From positions 1 through 49,744 of the forward strand of contig JBDRNT010000014.1 of NCBI GenBank assembly GCA_043810925.1: DNA of 49,744 nucleotides. The letters are read 5' to 3'. Position 1 is the stretch's first letter; every line of letters begins with the position of its first letter. The notes beneath the pieces are model-generated. The model was not told the DNA's origin. It saw nothing but the letters and a program-made list of their open reading frames with translations, and ran no database searches. Source of the DNA: Candidatus Eiseniibacteriota bacterium (GTDB lineage Bacteria; Arandabacterota; Arandabacteria; Arandabacterales; Arandabacteraceae). Shown here in pieces: positions 8,461 to 18,326 of this stretch. The position numbers and the translations under genes are program-made.

Positions 8461-9225
8461 CTATCTCCTCCGTGACCTCTGGCGCTTCCCGCGCGATGAC
8501 CTCTGTCTGGGCTTCTTGTTCTGGGCCGAATGAAGCTTCAGCCTGTTTTCCTGCCGCAGGAAATACTCAAACAGGGGCATGTCCTCATCCGAGGTTATCT
8601 TCAGATTGGTGTAGCTCCCCAAGGCCATCACCACCTTGGTCCCATACTTCTCGACAAGTGCGGCATCATCGGTGGCCTCAAAACGATCGCTCTGGGCTCG
8701 CTTGTGCGCATCCATGATGATGTCATAGTGAAAACTCTGGGGTGTCTGGGCCAGCCAAAGAAGTCGTCTGTCCAGTGTTCCGACTATCTCGCCGCTCTCA
8801 ACCTTCTTAACCGTGTCCCGTGGGGGAACACCGGTAATTGCCGCACCACCCTTTCGACATGCATCAAGCACACGCTTGATCAAGGTCTCTGAGACCAGCG
8901 GTCTAACTGCATCGTGGATGACGACAGTCCTGGTCTTGTCCTTAAGGGCCTTAAGACCGTTAAAGACCGACTGCTGTCGTGTCTCGCCGCCGTAGGCGAG
9001 GCCGTGGACCTTTTTGAATCCGTACGTTTCCACAACTTCTTCCTTCACCCAGTCGATCGAATCTCTGGGGATCACAAGTACAACGTGGTCCACAAGTGGC
9101 GACTGCTCGAACACCTCAAGCGTATAAGCAATGACAGGCTTGCCTCCAACCTTGGCAAACTGCTTTTTCCCCCTGCCCCCCATCCTCTTCCCCTCACCGG
9201 CACCTACTATCACTGTTCCAACCAT
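8461..9225 (-). CDS. ispD: 2-C-methyl-D-erythritol 4-phosphate cytidylyltransferase
   Basis: GAGEGKRMG..KQF, GGETRQQSV, IHDAVRP, AQTPQ.F, TDDA, NLKIT; adjacent to ispF. Confidence 0.95.
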   Translation of the reverse strand: MVGTVIVGAGEGKRMGGRGKKQFAKVGGKPVIAYTLEVFEQSPLVDHVVLVIPRDSIDWVKEEVVETYGFKKVHGLAYGGETRQQSVFNGLKALKDKTRTVVIHDAVRPLVSETLIKRVLDACRKGGAAITGVPPRDTVKKVESGEIVGTLDRRLLWLAQTPQSFHYDIIMDAHKRAQSDRFEATDDAALVEKYGTKVVMALGSYTNLKITSDEDMPLFEYFLRQENRLKLHSAQNKKPRQRSSRGKRQRSRRR

Positions 9226-9265
9226 GGCTCACTCTCCATGAAAACATCGAATCAGGCCAAAGGTT

Positions 9266-10276
9266 CTACTTGATTCGGGAAAAGATCATCCTGCCCACGG
9301 TCGTCTGAAGCACACTGGTTATAATTACCGGCACCGTCTTGTTCAAGAGCTGGCTGCCACCCTCAACAACAACCATCGTGCCGTCATTCAGATAACCCAC
9401 TCCCTGGTCAGGCTCTTTGCCTCGTTTCATCATCCTCACACTGATCTCCTCACCAGGCAGGACAACCGGCTTCAGCGCGTCCGCAAGCTCATTGACATTC
9501 AAGACCTTTATCCCGTGCAACTCCGCAATCTTATTCAGATTGAAATCGTTTGTAACGATTTTCGCACCGCGCACCTGTGCGAACTTTACAAGCTTCGAAT
9601 CTACTTCCCCGACAGCCACCGGGTCGTATTCATCAATAACGACCTCGAGGTCCTTCCTCAACTGCATCTTCCTCAATATCTCCAGCCCCCGCCTGCCGCG
9701 ATTCCTCCGGAGCGGGTCGGGTGAATCTGCGATCTGCTGGAGCTCATCGAGAACAAACTTCGGGATGACGAGTTTTCCTTCAATGAAGTGGCTCTGGCAT
9801 ATGTCGGCTATTCTCCCATCTATGATCACACTGGTATCAAGCACCTTCGGCGGCGCTCCATCCCCCTGGCGTCTACTCGAAAGCCTCAGGTCACCCCGCT
9901 TGCGTATCCCGACCACCGCACCAAGATATCCTAAAATCATGACCATGGCGACAATCACATAGGACTTGCCTCCGTAGTCGTTTATGGCCGGTATGAACAA
10001 CAGCACCCAGGTCAAGAGCAGCGTCACTATCAGGCCGAGTATGAGTCCCAACACACCGGCCAGAATCTCCCGCCCGGAACGGCCCTGGAGCCTGATTTCG
10101 CAGTAGATGATCACCGTGGCTGCCCCGAATCCCGCAGCAAGCCCGCCCAGACTCGGCCAGCTGAGCGAACGGAAGAAGAAGAAACCGGCAAGACTGAACA
10201 GCCCGAGTAAGACCATTCGTATGGCTAACACCGCCGTATCTACCTCCCGGACCACCCCACGCAGCGAGACTGTCAA
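9266..10276 (-). CDS. PIN/TRAM domain membrane protein (YacL-like)
   Basis: Four N-terminal TMs, KVLDTSVIIDGRI, RGRRGL, VTNDFNLNK, QGVGYL.DGTMVVVE. The start may be slightly downstream. Confidence 0.92.
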   Translation of the reverse strand: MTVSLRGVVREVDTAVLAIRMVLLGLFSLAGFFFFRSLSWPSLGGLAAGFGAATVIIYCEIRLQGRSGREILAGVLGLILGLIVTLLLTWVLLFIPAINDYGGKSYVIVAMVMILGYLGAVVGIRKRGDLRLSSRRQGDGAPPKVLDTSVIIDGRIADICQSHFIEGKLVIPKFVLDELQQIADSPDPLRRNRGRRGLEILRKMQLRKDLEVVIDEYDPVAVGEVDSKLVKFAQVRGAKIVTNDFNLNKIAELHGIKVLNVNELADALKPVVLPGEEISVRMMKRGKEPDQGVGYLNDGTMVVVEGGSQLLNKTVPVIITSVLQTTVGRMIFSRIK

Positions 10277-11148
10277 AAGATCTCTATGGTGAGATACCGC
10301 TTAGGGTGCTCCCTAATATCAGTGATCAGCCGGTTAAGATTATCAAGCGTGGCCCCGATCTCATCATGGACTTTTTTCTCTTTGATCAGTTTGCCAAGGG
10401 TACCCTCGCCGCTTTCCACGCTGTTTACGAGCAACTTAACCGAGAGCGAAAGAGAGTCAAGGCGCGCCGCAGCCATCGAGAAACGCTTTATCCCCTCGGT
10501 GAGTTCATCCTTGTTGACGCCGATTATGCCGTCCAGATCACCCGAGACCTTCTTCATGGTACGCGTTGTGGTCCTCACGTCACTCCTGCTCTCCCTGAGG
10601 AGAGCCAATAGCTCCGTCGCCACCGTGTCGATCCTGGCCATGCTCTTTGCCAGAGAGAAATTGCCGCCCTCGGTGTCTACCACCTTTTTCAGGGACTCGG
10701 CGGCTTCCCTCATCTCATCCATTATGTCCCCCATCCCGGCGGCAACCTCCGGCAACCCGGCCTTGTAGTCACCATTGAGCACGGTTCCCTGGAGGAGTAC
10801 TTCGCCCGACCTGCCGGGCAGTATGTATACGTATTTCTCCCCCATAAGGCCTATGCTCCGTATCTCGACGGAACAGTCCTTTCTGAGTACCACCTCCTGT
10901 TCAATCAGGAGTTCCGTTTTCACTCGCCCTTCCTCAAGCGAGATAAAGCCGACCTTGCCCATTTCAAGTCCTGAGACGGCTACGGGATCACCCGCAGACA
11001 GCCCGCCCACCTCCTCGAAATACGCAGTGTAGGTCTGCCACTTGCGGGCCAGGCGGAACTCTCCAATCCATAGAACACCGAGGATCAATATTATCACCGC
11101 GAGAATCACGGCAATGCCGACCTTCACCTCGGTTGTATTGACTGACAT
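10273..11148 (-). CDS. mlaD: MlaD/MCE family substrate-binding protein
   Basis: N-terminal TM (EVKVGI), GL..GDPV..SG..MGKV, GLMGEKYV, coiled coil and GTLGKL. The start was moved to the ATG at 11148, which follows an AGGAG. Confidence 0.88.
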   Translation of the reverse strand: MSVNTTEVKVGIAVILAVIILILGVLWIGEFRLARKWQTYTAYFEEVGGLSAGDPVAVSGLEMGKVGFISLEEGRVKTELLIEQEVVLRKDCSVEIRSIGLMGEKYVYILPGRSGEVLLQGTVLNGDYKAGLPEVAAGMGDIMDEMREAAESLKKVVDTEGGNFSLAKSMARIDTVATELLALLRESRSDVRTTTRTMKKVSGDLDGIIGVNKDELTEGIKRFSMAAARLDSLSLSVKLLVNSVESGEGTLGKLIKEKKVHDEIGATLDNLNRLITDIREHPKRYLTIEIF

Positions 11149-11158
11149 AGGCTCACTC

Positions 11159-11920
11159 CTAGCGCACGGGTATCGGTCCCTCGGCCCTACCCTCCACAAA
11201 TTGCCTTACTATCTCGTCCGGGGAGGCCCTGACTTCATCAGGGGTCCCCTCGAAGATGATTTTGCCACCATACAGCATGGCGAGTCTATCTCCAATTTTG
11301 TAAGCGCTCTTCATATCATGAGTCACCGCAACGGAAGTTCTCTCCAGGGACTTCTGAAGACTTCTCACGAGCTCGTTTATCACATCAGCCATTATCGGGT
11401 CCAGTCCCGTCGTCGGTTCATCATAGAGGATGACCGGAGGGTCCATCGCTATCGCCCGGGCCAGACCTACGCGCTTCTTCATTCCCCCGCTCAGGTCCGA
11501 AGGCTTCATGTCATCCATGTGATCAAGTCCAACCTGCTCGAGTTTCTGGCAGACCTTCTTTCGGATCTCGTCCTCGCTCAGGTCCGTGTGCTCGAGCAGA
11601 CCCAGTCCGACGTTTTCCCAGACCGTCAGCGAATCGAAAAGCGCCGCCCCCTGAAACAGCATCCCGAATCGCTTGCGGAAATCGTACATCTCATCGCCCT
11701 TGAGCGTCGTCACATCGATTCCATCGACAAGGATCTTCCCGCTGTCGGGTTTTATCAGTCCTATCAGGTGTTTAAGCAGAACGCTCTTGCCGCACCCGCT
11801 TCGCCCTATGACGACGACGGTCTCGCCCTTTTTTACGGTGAGATTGACTCCCTTGAGAACCTCAGAGTCTCCGAAGCTCTTCTTAAGATCAATCACCTCG
11901 ATCATCGCCTTGTCTTCCAT
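11159..11920 (-). CDS. mlaF: MlaF-type ABC transporter ATP-binding protein
   Basis: GRSGCGKS, FQGAALFDSLTV, LSGGMKKRVGLARA, YDEPTTGLDP. Confidence 0.92.
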   Translation of the reverse strand: MEDKAMIEVIDLKKSFGDSEVLKGVNLTVKKGETVVVIGRSGCGKSVLLKHLIGLIKPDSGKILVDGIDVTTLKGDEMYDFRKRFGMLFQGAALFDSLTVWENVGLGLLEHTDLSEDEIRKKVCQKLEQVGLDHMDDMKPSDLSGGMKKRVGLARAIAMDPPVILYDEPTTGLDPIMADVINELVRSLQKSLERTSVAVTHDMKSAYKIGDRLAMLYGGKIIFEGTPDEVRASPDEIVRQFVEGRAEGPIPVR

Positions 11921-11923
11921 AAC

Positions 11924-12709
11924 CTACCCCGCAAACACCGCGCTGAAAAGCAAAGACGCAAGGATGTAGTCCGTGATCAGTATCAGCAGACAGGATGATA
12001 CGACCGCTTTCGTCGTGGCAATGCCGACACCCTCCGCACCACCCTTGGTTCTTAGGCCGTGGTAGCAACCCATGATCGCTATGATCACGCCGAAGAAGAG
12101 CGCCTTGACCAGGCCGCTTAAGACATCGGTCGAATGGAGAAAAAGCTTCAGCCCCGTAAAATAGACATGGGTGCTGACACCAAGCCCGATACGCGCCACA
12201 ACGAATCCTCCGATAATGGCAATGAAGTCGGCGAATATCGTTATGATGGGCAGCATGATCAAACCCGCAAGCAGGCGAGGGGTAACGAGGTAGCGGATCG
12301 GATCGATCGCAAGCGTCTCGAGGGCGTCGATCTGCTCTGTGACCTTCATCGTTCCAAGTTCAGCGGCAATAGATGCCCCGACCCGGCCGCCGACGACAAG
12401 CGCGGTCAGGACCGGGCCGAGCTCGATCACAACCGACTTGCCGATCACGGTACCGAGGTATCTCATCGGGACGTAGTCCTGGAACTGGTACGCGGCCTGC
12501 ACAGCCGCGACACCGCCGGTGAATATCGAGGTCACAAGAACCAGCGGGAGAGACCCGATGCCGATCCTGAGCATCTGGTCTGCGACCAGCTTCTTCTGCT
12601 TTATGGCTTTGGGAATCGCCTTCACCGCCGAGCCAAGCAGCAGGAAAACCGCGCCGACCTCCGCAAGCGAGAAACCTACGGTTCTTCCTATATATTCGAC
12701 GGCGTTCAT
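11924..12709 (-). CDS. mlaE: MlaE-type ABC transporter permease
   Basis: ELGPVLTALVVGGRVGASIAAELGTMKVTEQIDAL, GGAEGVG.ATT.AVV. Confidence 0.94.
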   Translation of the reverse strand: MNAVEYIGRTVGFSLAEVGAVFLLLGSAVKAIPKAIKQKKLVADQMLRIGIGSLPLVLVTSIFTGGVAAVQAAYQFQDYVPMRYLGTVIGKSVVIELGPVLTALVVGGRVGASIAAELGTMKVTEQIDALETLAIDPIRYLVTPRLLAGLIMLPIITIFADFIAIIGGFVVARIGLGVSTHVYFTGLKLFLHSTDVLSGLVKALFFGVIIAIMGCYHGLRTKGGAEGVGIATTKAVVSSCLLILITDYILASLLFSAVFAG

Positions 12710-12716
12710 CCAGTAC

Positions 12717-14105
12717 TTATTCCGTTTCTATCCGGGCCCGGTCCTCGAAACGCGTGTATTCATCAAGGAAAATCAAGTCGACCTTCCCGACGGGGCCGTT
12801 TCTCTGTTTCCCGATTATGATTTCCGCGCGTCTCTTCTCCTCCATCTGCTCATGATCGGCCATCTCCATGCCGGCTTCGGTGGAGTGGCTGTAGACCGCA
12901 GGCCGGTAAATGAACAGGACGACATCGGCATCCTGTTCTATCGCACCCGACTCTCTGAGATCTGAAAGGATCGGACGCTTCTCCTTTCGCTCCCGCTGCT
13001 CGACCGCACGTGAAAGCTGAGAGAGCGCGACTACGGGTATGTTGAGCTCCTTTGCGAGAGCCTTAAGCGATCTTGAGATCAGTGAAATCTCCTGCTGCCT
13101 GTTCTCCGCCCGCCCGTGCCCTCTTACCAGCTGTAGATAATCGACAACCACAAGCCCCACATCAACGTCGGACTTAAGACGCCGTGCTTTCGCCCTCATT
13201 TCAAGAACATTGAGGTCGGCGCTGTCGTCGATGTAGATAGGAGCATCATGCAGCGTTCCGGCCGCAGTTGTCAGTTTTCCCCAGTCCTTCTTGCCGACAT
13301 AGCCGGTTCTAACGCTATGTGACTTGACCCGGGCCTCAGAACACAGCATTCTCAGCATCAACTGTTCTTTGGTCATCTCCAGACTGAACACGGCAACGGG
13401 AACCTTGTGCCTGATCGCCAGATGCCCGGCGATATTGAGTGCGAAACTCGTCTTCCCCATAGACGGCCGGCCTGCAATCACGATGAATTCGCCTTTCTGA
13501 AAACCGGACGTCATCGTATCGAGGTCCTTAAAGCCTGACTCAAGGCCTGTAACGTAGCGTTTCTGCTGATACAGCTGCTCGACGAGTTCAAAACTGTCCT
13601 TGACGATGTCTTCCATCGCAACAAAGCCCTGGCGGAGCTTTGAATCGGCGATCGAAAATATCCTTCGTTCCGCCCGGTCAATCAGGTCGCCGACATCCGC
13701 CTGCCCGCCGTAGGCATCGCTTATTATCTGGGTGGACGCTTCGATGAGCTTCCTCAGCGTTGATTTTTCCAGAACGATCTTGGCGTGGTGTTCGATATTC
13801 GCGGATGTCGCGACACTGCTGAGCACGTTTTCAATATAGAGGGCGCCTCCAAGGGCCTCGAGGTCGCCGCAGCGCTTGAGCTCTTCTGTCAGCGTGATCA
13901 GATCCACGGCCTCGTTTCGGTCATAGATCGTGACCATGCAATTGTACATCTTGGCATGCTGGTTCATGTAGAAGCATGTGTCATCTATGATCTCTACTGC
14001 CCTAGCAATAGCATCCCGGTCGAGCATCATGGCCCCGAGGACCGCCATCTCGGCCTCGACGGCCTGCGGAGGGATGTGGTCAGTGCTTGTTCTTACCTGG
14101 GCCAT
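12717..14105 (-). CDS. dnaB: Replicative DNA helicase
   Basis: PPQAVEAE.AVLG, GRPSMGKT, VDYLQL, ALSQLSR, DLRESGAIEQDAD, KQRNGP; no intein. Confidence 0.98.
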   Translation of the reverse strand: MAQVRTSTDHIPPQAVEAEMAVLGAMMLDRDAIARAVEIIDDTCFYMNQHAKMYNCMVTIYDRNEAVDLITLTEELKRCGDLEALGGALYIENVLSSVATSANIEHHAKIVLEKSTLRKLIEASTQIISDAYGGQADVGDLIDRAERRIFSIADSKLRQGFVAMEDIVKDSFELVEQLYQQKRYVTGLESGFKDLDTMTSGFQKGEFIVIAGRPSMGKTSFALNIAGHLAIRHKVPVAVFSLEMTKEQLMLRMLCSEARVKSHSVRTGYVGKKDWGKLTTAAGTLHDAPIYIDDSADLNVLEMRAKARRLKSDVDVGLVVVDYLQLVRGHGRAENRQQEISLISRSLKALAKELNIPVVALSQLSRAVEQRERKEKRPILSDLRESGAIEQDADVVLFIYRPAVYSHSTEAGMEMADHEQMEEKRRAEIIIGKQRNGPVGKVDLIFLDEYTRFEDRARIETE

Positions 14106-14838
14106 TTCTCATCGCTCCTCGGATAGGTAGATCAAGGAACCTCATAACCTCTTTGATATCCTCCCATACCAGCTTCTTGTTTGCAGGGAACCGGAGGCAC
14201 GCGGCCGGGTGAAAAGTCGGGATCACGTTTATGCCTTTGTAAACATGGATCCGGCCCCTCGTTGCGCCGATACCCCGTCTTGTTCCCGTGATCGTCTGTG
14301 TCGCCACCACTCCCAGCGTACAGATGATCTCAGGATGTATCATCTCAATCTGTTTTTCAAGGCAGGGGAGGCATTCACTGATCTCATCGAGCTCCGGGTT
14401 CCGGTTACCGGGCGGCCGGCATTTAACAATGTTGGTGATATAGACATCGTCCCGCTCAAGACCCATCGCCTCGATTATTTTGGTCAATAAGACGCCGGCT
14501 CTGCCCACAAATGGCCGGCCGCTCAGGTCTTCGTCCCTGCCGGGGCCCTCACCGACGAACATAAGCCGGCTTGACGGATTCCCCTCGCCGAAGACCATGT
14601 TCGTTCTGGTGCAATGGAGGCCGCACCTCGTACATGATGCAGTTTCTGCCTCAAGAGCAGCAAGCGGTGGTTCCCCGGGCGGCGGCTCCCCACCGGAACC
14701 GGCCTTCCCCTCACTTTGAGACCAGTCCTCCATAAGCAGGATATCTTCAGTTCCTGAGATCTCCAGAAGTCGCAGCCAGTTACACAGCTCGGTACGAAGA
14801 CTTTCCCGGTCTATTTCAGCGGTGTGTTCCCCTGCCAT
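14080..14838 (-). CDS. Uracil-DNA glycosylase, family 4
   Basis: CTRC, GEGPG..ED..GRPFVG, NIVKCRPP.NR.P, TFHPA. Confidence 0.93.
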   Translation of the reverse strand: MAGEHTAEIDRESLRTELCNWLRLLEISGTEDILLMEDWSQSEGKAGSGGEPPPGEPPLAALEAETASCTRCGLHCTRTNMVFGEGNPSSRLMFVGEGPGRDEDLSGRPFVGRAGVLLTKIIEAMGLERDDVYITNIVKCRPPGNRNPELDEISECLPCLEKQIEMIHPEIICTLGVVATQTITGTRRGIGATRGRIHVYKGINVIPTFHPAACLRFPANKKLVWEDIKEVMRFLDLPIRGAMRNGPGKNKH

Positions 14839-14856
14839 ATCAGAGTCCTTCCCTGC

Positions 14857-16041
14857 CTAAGCGACACTGCTGAGGCGGGCAGAGACTGCATCAAAGATCT
14901 TCTCCGACAGGTCGAGTTTGCTCATCAACGGGATCTCTTCAACCCGGCCGTCGGGGTAAATCAAATGGCCGCAGTTCGTATCACTGCCGAACCCGGCGCC
15001 CTCTCGTAACGGATTGTTCGCGATAATCAGATCGAGGTTTTTCTCTTTGAGTTTCCGCTTCGCGTTTTCAATCTCGTTGTTTGTCTCAAGTGCAAACCCG
15101 ACCACCAACCTGTCGCCTTTGCCGGCGGAAAGGCCGGCCAGTATGTCTTCGGTTGGGACCAGATCAAGCGTGAGATTACCTTCTCTCTTGATCTTTCCGT
15201 CTTTGACCTTCGCAGGCCTGAAGTCGCATACAGCCGCGGCCATTACTATGCAGTCCGCCGTCTCCCACTCCGGCGCGATTGCCTCCTTCATGTCACTGGC
15301 TGTTTCAACTTCGATCACCCTCACCCCCGCCGGTCGGGCTGTCCCCGAAGGTCCCGTCACCAGAACGGTCTCGGCTCCCCGCCGCGCGGCTACCCTGGCA
15401 AGGGATGCCGCCATCTTGCCGCTCGACCTGTTTGAAATAAACCTGACTGCATCGATCGGCTCGACCGTCGGGCCACCCGTTACGATGACCTTCTTGCCCT
15501 CAAGATCACGGTCCCGGCTGCCCGCCTCGGTAATGGCGGTGACGATCGCCTCAAGCGATGCGAGTCTTCCCACGCCTTCCGCACCACAGGCAAGCCATCC
15601 GGTTTCGGGCTCGACAAACCTGTAGCCCCTTGCCGTGAGCGTCGCCACGTTTTCCTGGACAACCTGGTTGAGATACATCATCTCGTTCATTGCCGGTGCG
15701 ATGACCACCGGCGCAGTGGTCGATAGGACAACCGTCGAGAGCAGGTCATCGCATATCCCGCAGGCGATTTTTCCGATGATATTCGCCGTCGCCGGGACTA
15801 TGGCGACAACATCGTGGTCTCTCGCAAGATCGATGTGAAGGGGCCGTTTCGTTCCCCCTTCGAAGAGGTCCGTCCTGACAGCGTTTCCCGTCAATCCCCT
15901 GAACGTGGCGGCGCCTATAAGGCTGGTCGCGTGCTCGGTCATTATCACGGAGACCTCGGCCCCTGATTTCTTTAGATCGCTGACCACCTCCGCGGCTTTG
16001 TACGCCGCGATGGAGGCCGTAACACCAATCAGGACTCTCAT
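14857..16041 (-). CDS. coaBC: Bifunctional phosphopantothenoylcysteine decarboxylase/ligase
   Basis: SIAAYKA, PATANIIGK, APAMN, LACG..G.GRL, GPT.EPIDAVRFISNRSSGKM, GFALET. Confidence 0.96.
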   Translation of the reverse strand: MRVLIGVTASIAAYKAAEVVSDLKKSGAEVSVIMTEHATSLIGAATFRGLTGNAVRTDLFEGGTKRPLHIDLARDHDVVAIVPATANIIGKIACGICDDLLSTVVLSTTAPVVIAPAMNEMMYLNQVVQENVATLTARGYRFVEPETGWLACGAEGVGRLASLEAIVTAITEAGSRDRDLEGKKVIVTGGPTVEPIDAVRFISNRSSGKMAASLARVAARRGAETVLVTGPSGTARPAGVRVIEVETASDMKEAIAPEWETADCIVMAAAVCDFRPAKVKDGKIKREGNLTLDLVPTEDILAGLSAGKGDRLVVGFALETNNEIENAKRKLKEKNLDLIIANNPLREGAGFGSDTNCGHLIYPDGRVEEIPLMSKLDLSEKIFDAVSARLSSVA

Positions 16042-16313
16042 TTTGACGTCCGGCGCCTCTTGCGGGCTTTCTTAGGAGGCGAGTCATCCTCGACCTCATA
16101 CTCGACTTTGCCCTGAACGAAATGCCTGACGGCTTTCGGTATCGCCTTCTCACCCTCCTCGAGAAAAACCTCGGGTGCAGTATTGAGCCGTCTTGCCTCC
16201 TTTGCGATAGCAACAACCGCCTCATAGGCACTCGGTGATCGCTTCAGGATATCCTCCTTGCTGAGCTGAGGTCTCTCCTCGTCGTCTTTGACCTTGCATC
16301 TCTTCAACTTCAC
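16038..16313 (-). CDS. rpoZ: RNA polymerase omega subunit
   Basis: SAYEAVVAIAKEARRL...KAI..A motif; lies between gmk and coaBC. Confidence 0.8.
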   Translation of the reverse strand: MKLKRCKVKDDEERPQLSKEDILKRSPSAYEAVVAIAKEARRLNTAPEVFLEEGEKAIPKAVRHFVQGKVEYEVEDDSPPKKARKRRRTSK

Positions 16314-16960
16314 ACCCCCTTGCCCTCAAACCCGATGTATTCCTTCCAGGTCATACCCTCCAGGATACGTCGGCGGCTGCATCTCTCTGCGTGGACGATG
16401 CTCCTCATATTCGAAACCGCCCGCTCGATTGTATCATTGGCCACCACGTAAGAGTATCTGGTTATATACTCCATCTCCCCGAGTGCATTATCAAGCCGCT
16501 GTCTTATCGCCTGTTCTTCTTCGCTCTTCCTGTTCCTGAGTCTGTCCTCAAGGATCCGGAAAGAAGGCGGGACCACAAAAATCGAGACGCTGTTCGGATA
16601 CGCGTCCAGGATCTGCACCCCACCCTGAACATCTATATCAAGCAGTATACTGATCCCCTGCGCGAGTTTCCGGTCGAGCCACTCTCTCGGAGTCCCGTAG
16701 AGATTGCCGTGAACAAGCGCCCACTCAGCCAGCCCCCCTTCCGCCCGCAGTTTCTCGAACTCCTGTTGCGATATGAAGAAGTAATCCGTACCGTCCTCTT
16801 CGATCGTTCTCGCCTGTCTCGTTGTGGCGGAAATTGAGAAGGCCAGCCTTTCATCGCCCTCCATCAGTCCGTGACAGAGGGTGGTCTTACCGACACCCGA
16901 TGGTCCTGAGACGACTATCGGAAAAGAAATCATATCACCGCTACTCATCGAACTTCCCAT
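16310..16960 (-). CDS. gmk: Guanylate kinase
   Basis: SGPSGVGKTT, SISATTR, DYFF, EWA.VHGNLYGT, DIDVQG. Confidence 0.96.
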   Translation of the reverse strand: MGSSMSSGDMISFPIVVSGPSGVGKTTLCHGLMEGDERLAFSISATTRQARTIEEDGTDYFFISQQEFEKLRAEGGLAEWALVHGNLYGTPREWLDRKLAQGISILLDIDVQGGVQILDAYPNSVSIFVVPPSFRILEDRLRNRKSEEEQAIRQRLDNALGEMEYITRYSYVVANDTIERAVSNMRSIVHAERCSRRRILEGMTWKEYIGFEGKGV

Positions 16961-17201
16961 TTGCGTCTTCCAGCCGTTGTGTAACCGTCTCCGCCCCGAT
17001 GGCCGAGAGCACTACATGATCGCTGTCCATCACGATCAGCGAACGAGTCCTCCTGCCCTGAGTGGCATCGACCAGTTTGCCTCTTTGTCTCGCCTGATCC
17101 TTCAGACGTCTGATCGGCGAAGATCCAGGTGTGATTATGGCAACGATTTTGTCACTCGCGACAACGTTACCAAATCCTATACTGATAAGATGACCTTTCA
17201 A
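16941..17201 (-). CDS. remA: DUF370 / RemA family regulator
   Basis: ISIGFGNVV...IVAI...SSPIRRL...LVDATQGRRTRS.IVMDSDHVVLSAI..ET..QR. A TTG start at 17201 was chosen after GGGGGTGA. Confidence 0.85.
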   Translation of the reverse strand: MKGHLISIGFGNVVASDKIVAIITPGSSPIRRLKDQARQRGKLVDATQGRRTRSLIVMDSDHVVLSAIGAETVTQRLEDANGKFDE

Positions 17202-17214
17202 ATCGTCACCCCCG

Positions 17215-18093
17215 TTACTCGATGTTCTGCACCTGCTCTCTGATCCGTTCAAGCTCTTCCTTGATAAGTACTACATGTGTCGATACGTCTGCGTCGCTCG
17301 CCTTCACGCCCATTGTGTTTGTCTCTCTGGCCATTTCCTGGAGAAGGAAATTGAGTTTCCTGCCTACGGCCCCCCCTTCTGCAAGGTAGCTCTTGAAGTT
17401 GTCGCAGTGAACCTGATAGCGCACGCACTCCTCCGTGCAATCGGATCTATCAGTGAAAAGCACAAGCTCCTGGGCCAGCAGCGCCTCACTGCATTCAGTC
17501 TGCTCTGCAACTTCAGCCAGCCGAGCCGCCAGCTTCTGCCGGACCTCCTCGATCCTCCTGGGAATCCGGCGTTGTATCGTCTCAAGGTAGGTCAGGGTCC
17601 GGTCAATCCTCTCGGCCAGATCCCTGGCAAGCGCACCGCCCTCTTTGGATTTCATTCGCACCATTTCTTCAAGTGCGATCGCCAGCGCTTCCTCGACAAG
17701 CGGCAGAGCCTGTGCCGGCTCCCACTCATCAATATCCCGCCTGAGGATATCGGGTAACGCGGTGAACGTCGAAAGATCTATATCTCCGGGAAGGTTGTAT
17801 CTTCCCTTCACGGCCTGGAGAAGGCCGTAGTAGTGATCGGCCAGCTCTTCATCCAGCGAAATCGTCTCGGCAAGGCCACCGGCGTCCTCCCAGCTGATAT
17901 TGACCAGGACCCTTCCTCTGGAGACCTGTCGATGAATCACGGTCTTGATCTCGCCTTCAAGCGGTGCAAGAAACCTGGGGATCTTCGGTGTGAGTTCCAG
18001 AAAACGATTGTTAAACGATCTCAGCTCTGCAGTAACTCGCACCCCGTCTCTTTCTATCTCGCCACGACCATACCCTGTCATACTCCTAATCAA
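17215..18093 (-). CDS. yicC: YicC/YloC family endoribonuclease
   Basis: MIRSMTGYGR, SFNNRFLE, GRKLNFLLQEM.RE.NT...K, ELERIREQVQNIE. Confidence 0.95.
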   Translation of the reverse strand: MIRSMTGYGRGEIERDGVRVTAELRSFNNRFLELTPKIPRFLAPLEGEIKTVIHRQVSRGRVLVNISWEDAGGLAETISLDEELADHYYGLLQAVKGRYNLPGDIDLSTFTALPDILRRDIDEWEPAQALPLVEEALAIALEEMVRMKSKEGGALARDLAERIDRTLTYLETIQRRIPRRIEEVRQKLAARLAEVAEQTECSEALLAQELVLFTDRSDCTEECVRYQVHCDNFKSYLAEGGAVGRKLNFLLQEMARETNTMGVKASDADVSTHVVLIKEELERIREQVQNIE

Positions 18094-18133
18094 CTCAAAG
18101 ACCTCACGATTTGTTCGTTAAGCCGCTTTCCTT

Positions 18134-18252
18134 CAAGGAGAGACCACCCGTTAGCCACACCCGCCCTACTTCTGCCCACAAGAGGATAACCCCAAAGCTG
18201 GGCGGTGTCAATCAAATACCCCTGAACCCACTATTTCAGTGGCTTCGCAGCC
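18134..18252. repeat. 119-bp direct repeat, copy 1 (contains the yicC-operon promoter)
   Basis: Aligns without gaps to 19528..19646 with 6 mismatches (manual count). Confidence 0.95.
18183..18211 (-). promoter_or_regulatory. sigma70 promoter upstream of the yicC operon
   Basis: Minus strand TTGACA-N17-TATCCT. Confidence 0.75.
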
Positions 18253-18326
18253 GACTCACCACTATACAATCTCCCCTCGGCGAGCGCAAAACCATACTAC
18301 TTGTCGTGCACTCTCTGGCAAATAGA

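Noticed and set aside
12717-14105. Intein in DnaB
   Set aside because: The length (462 aa) and contiguous motifs leave no room for an insertion.
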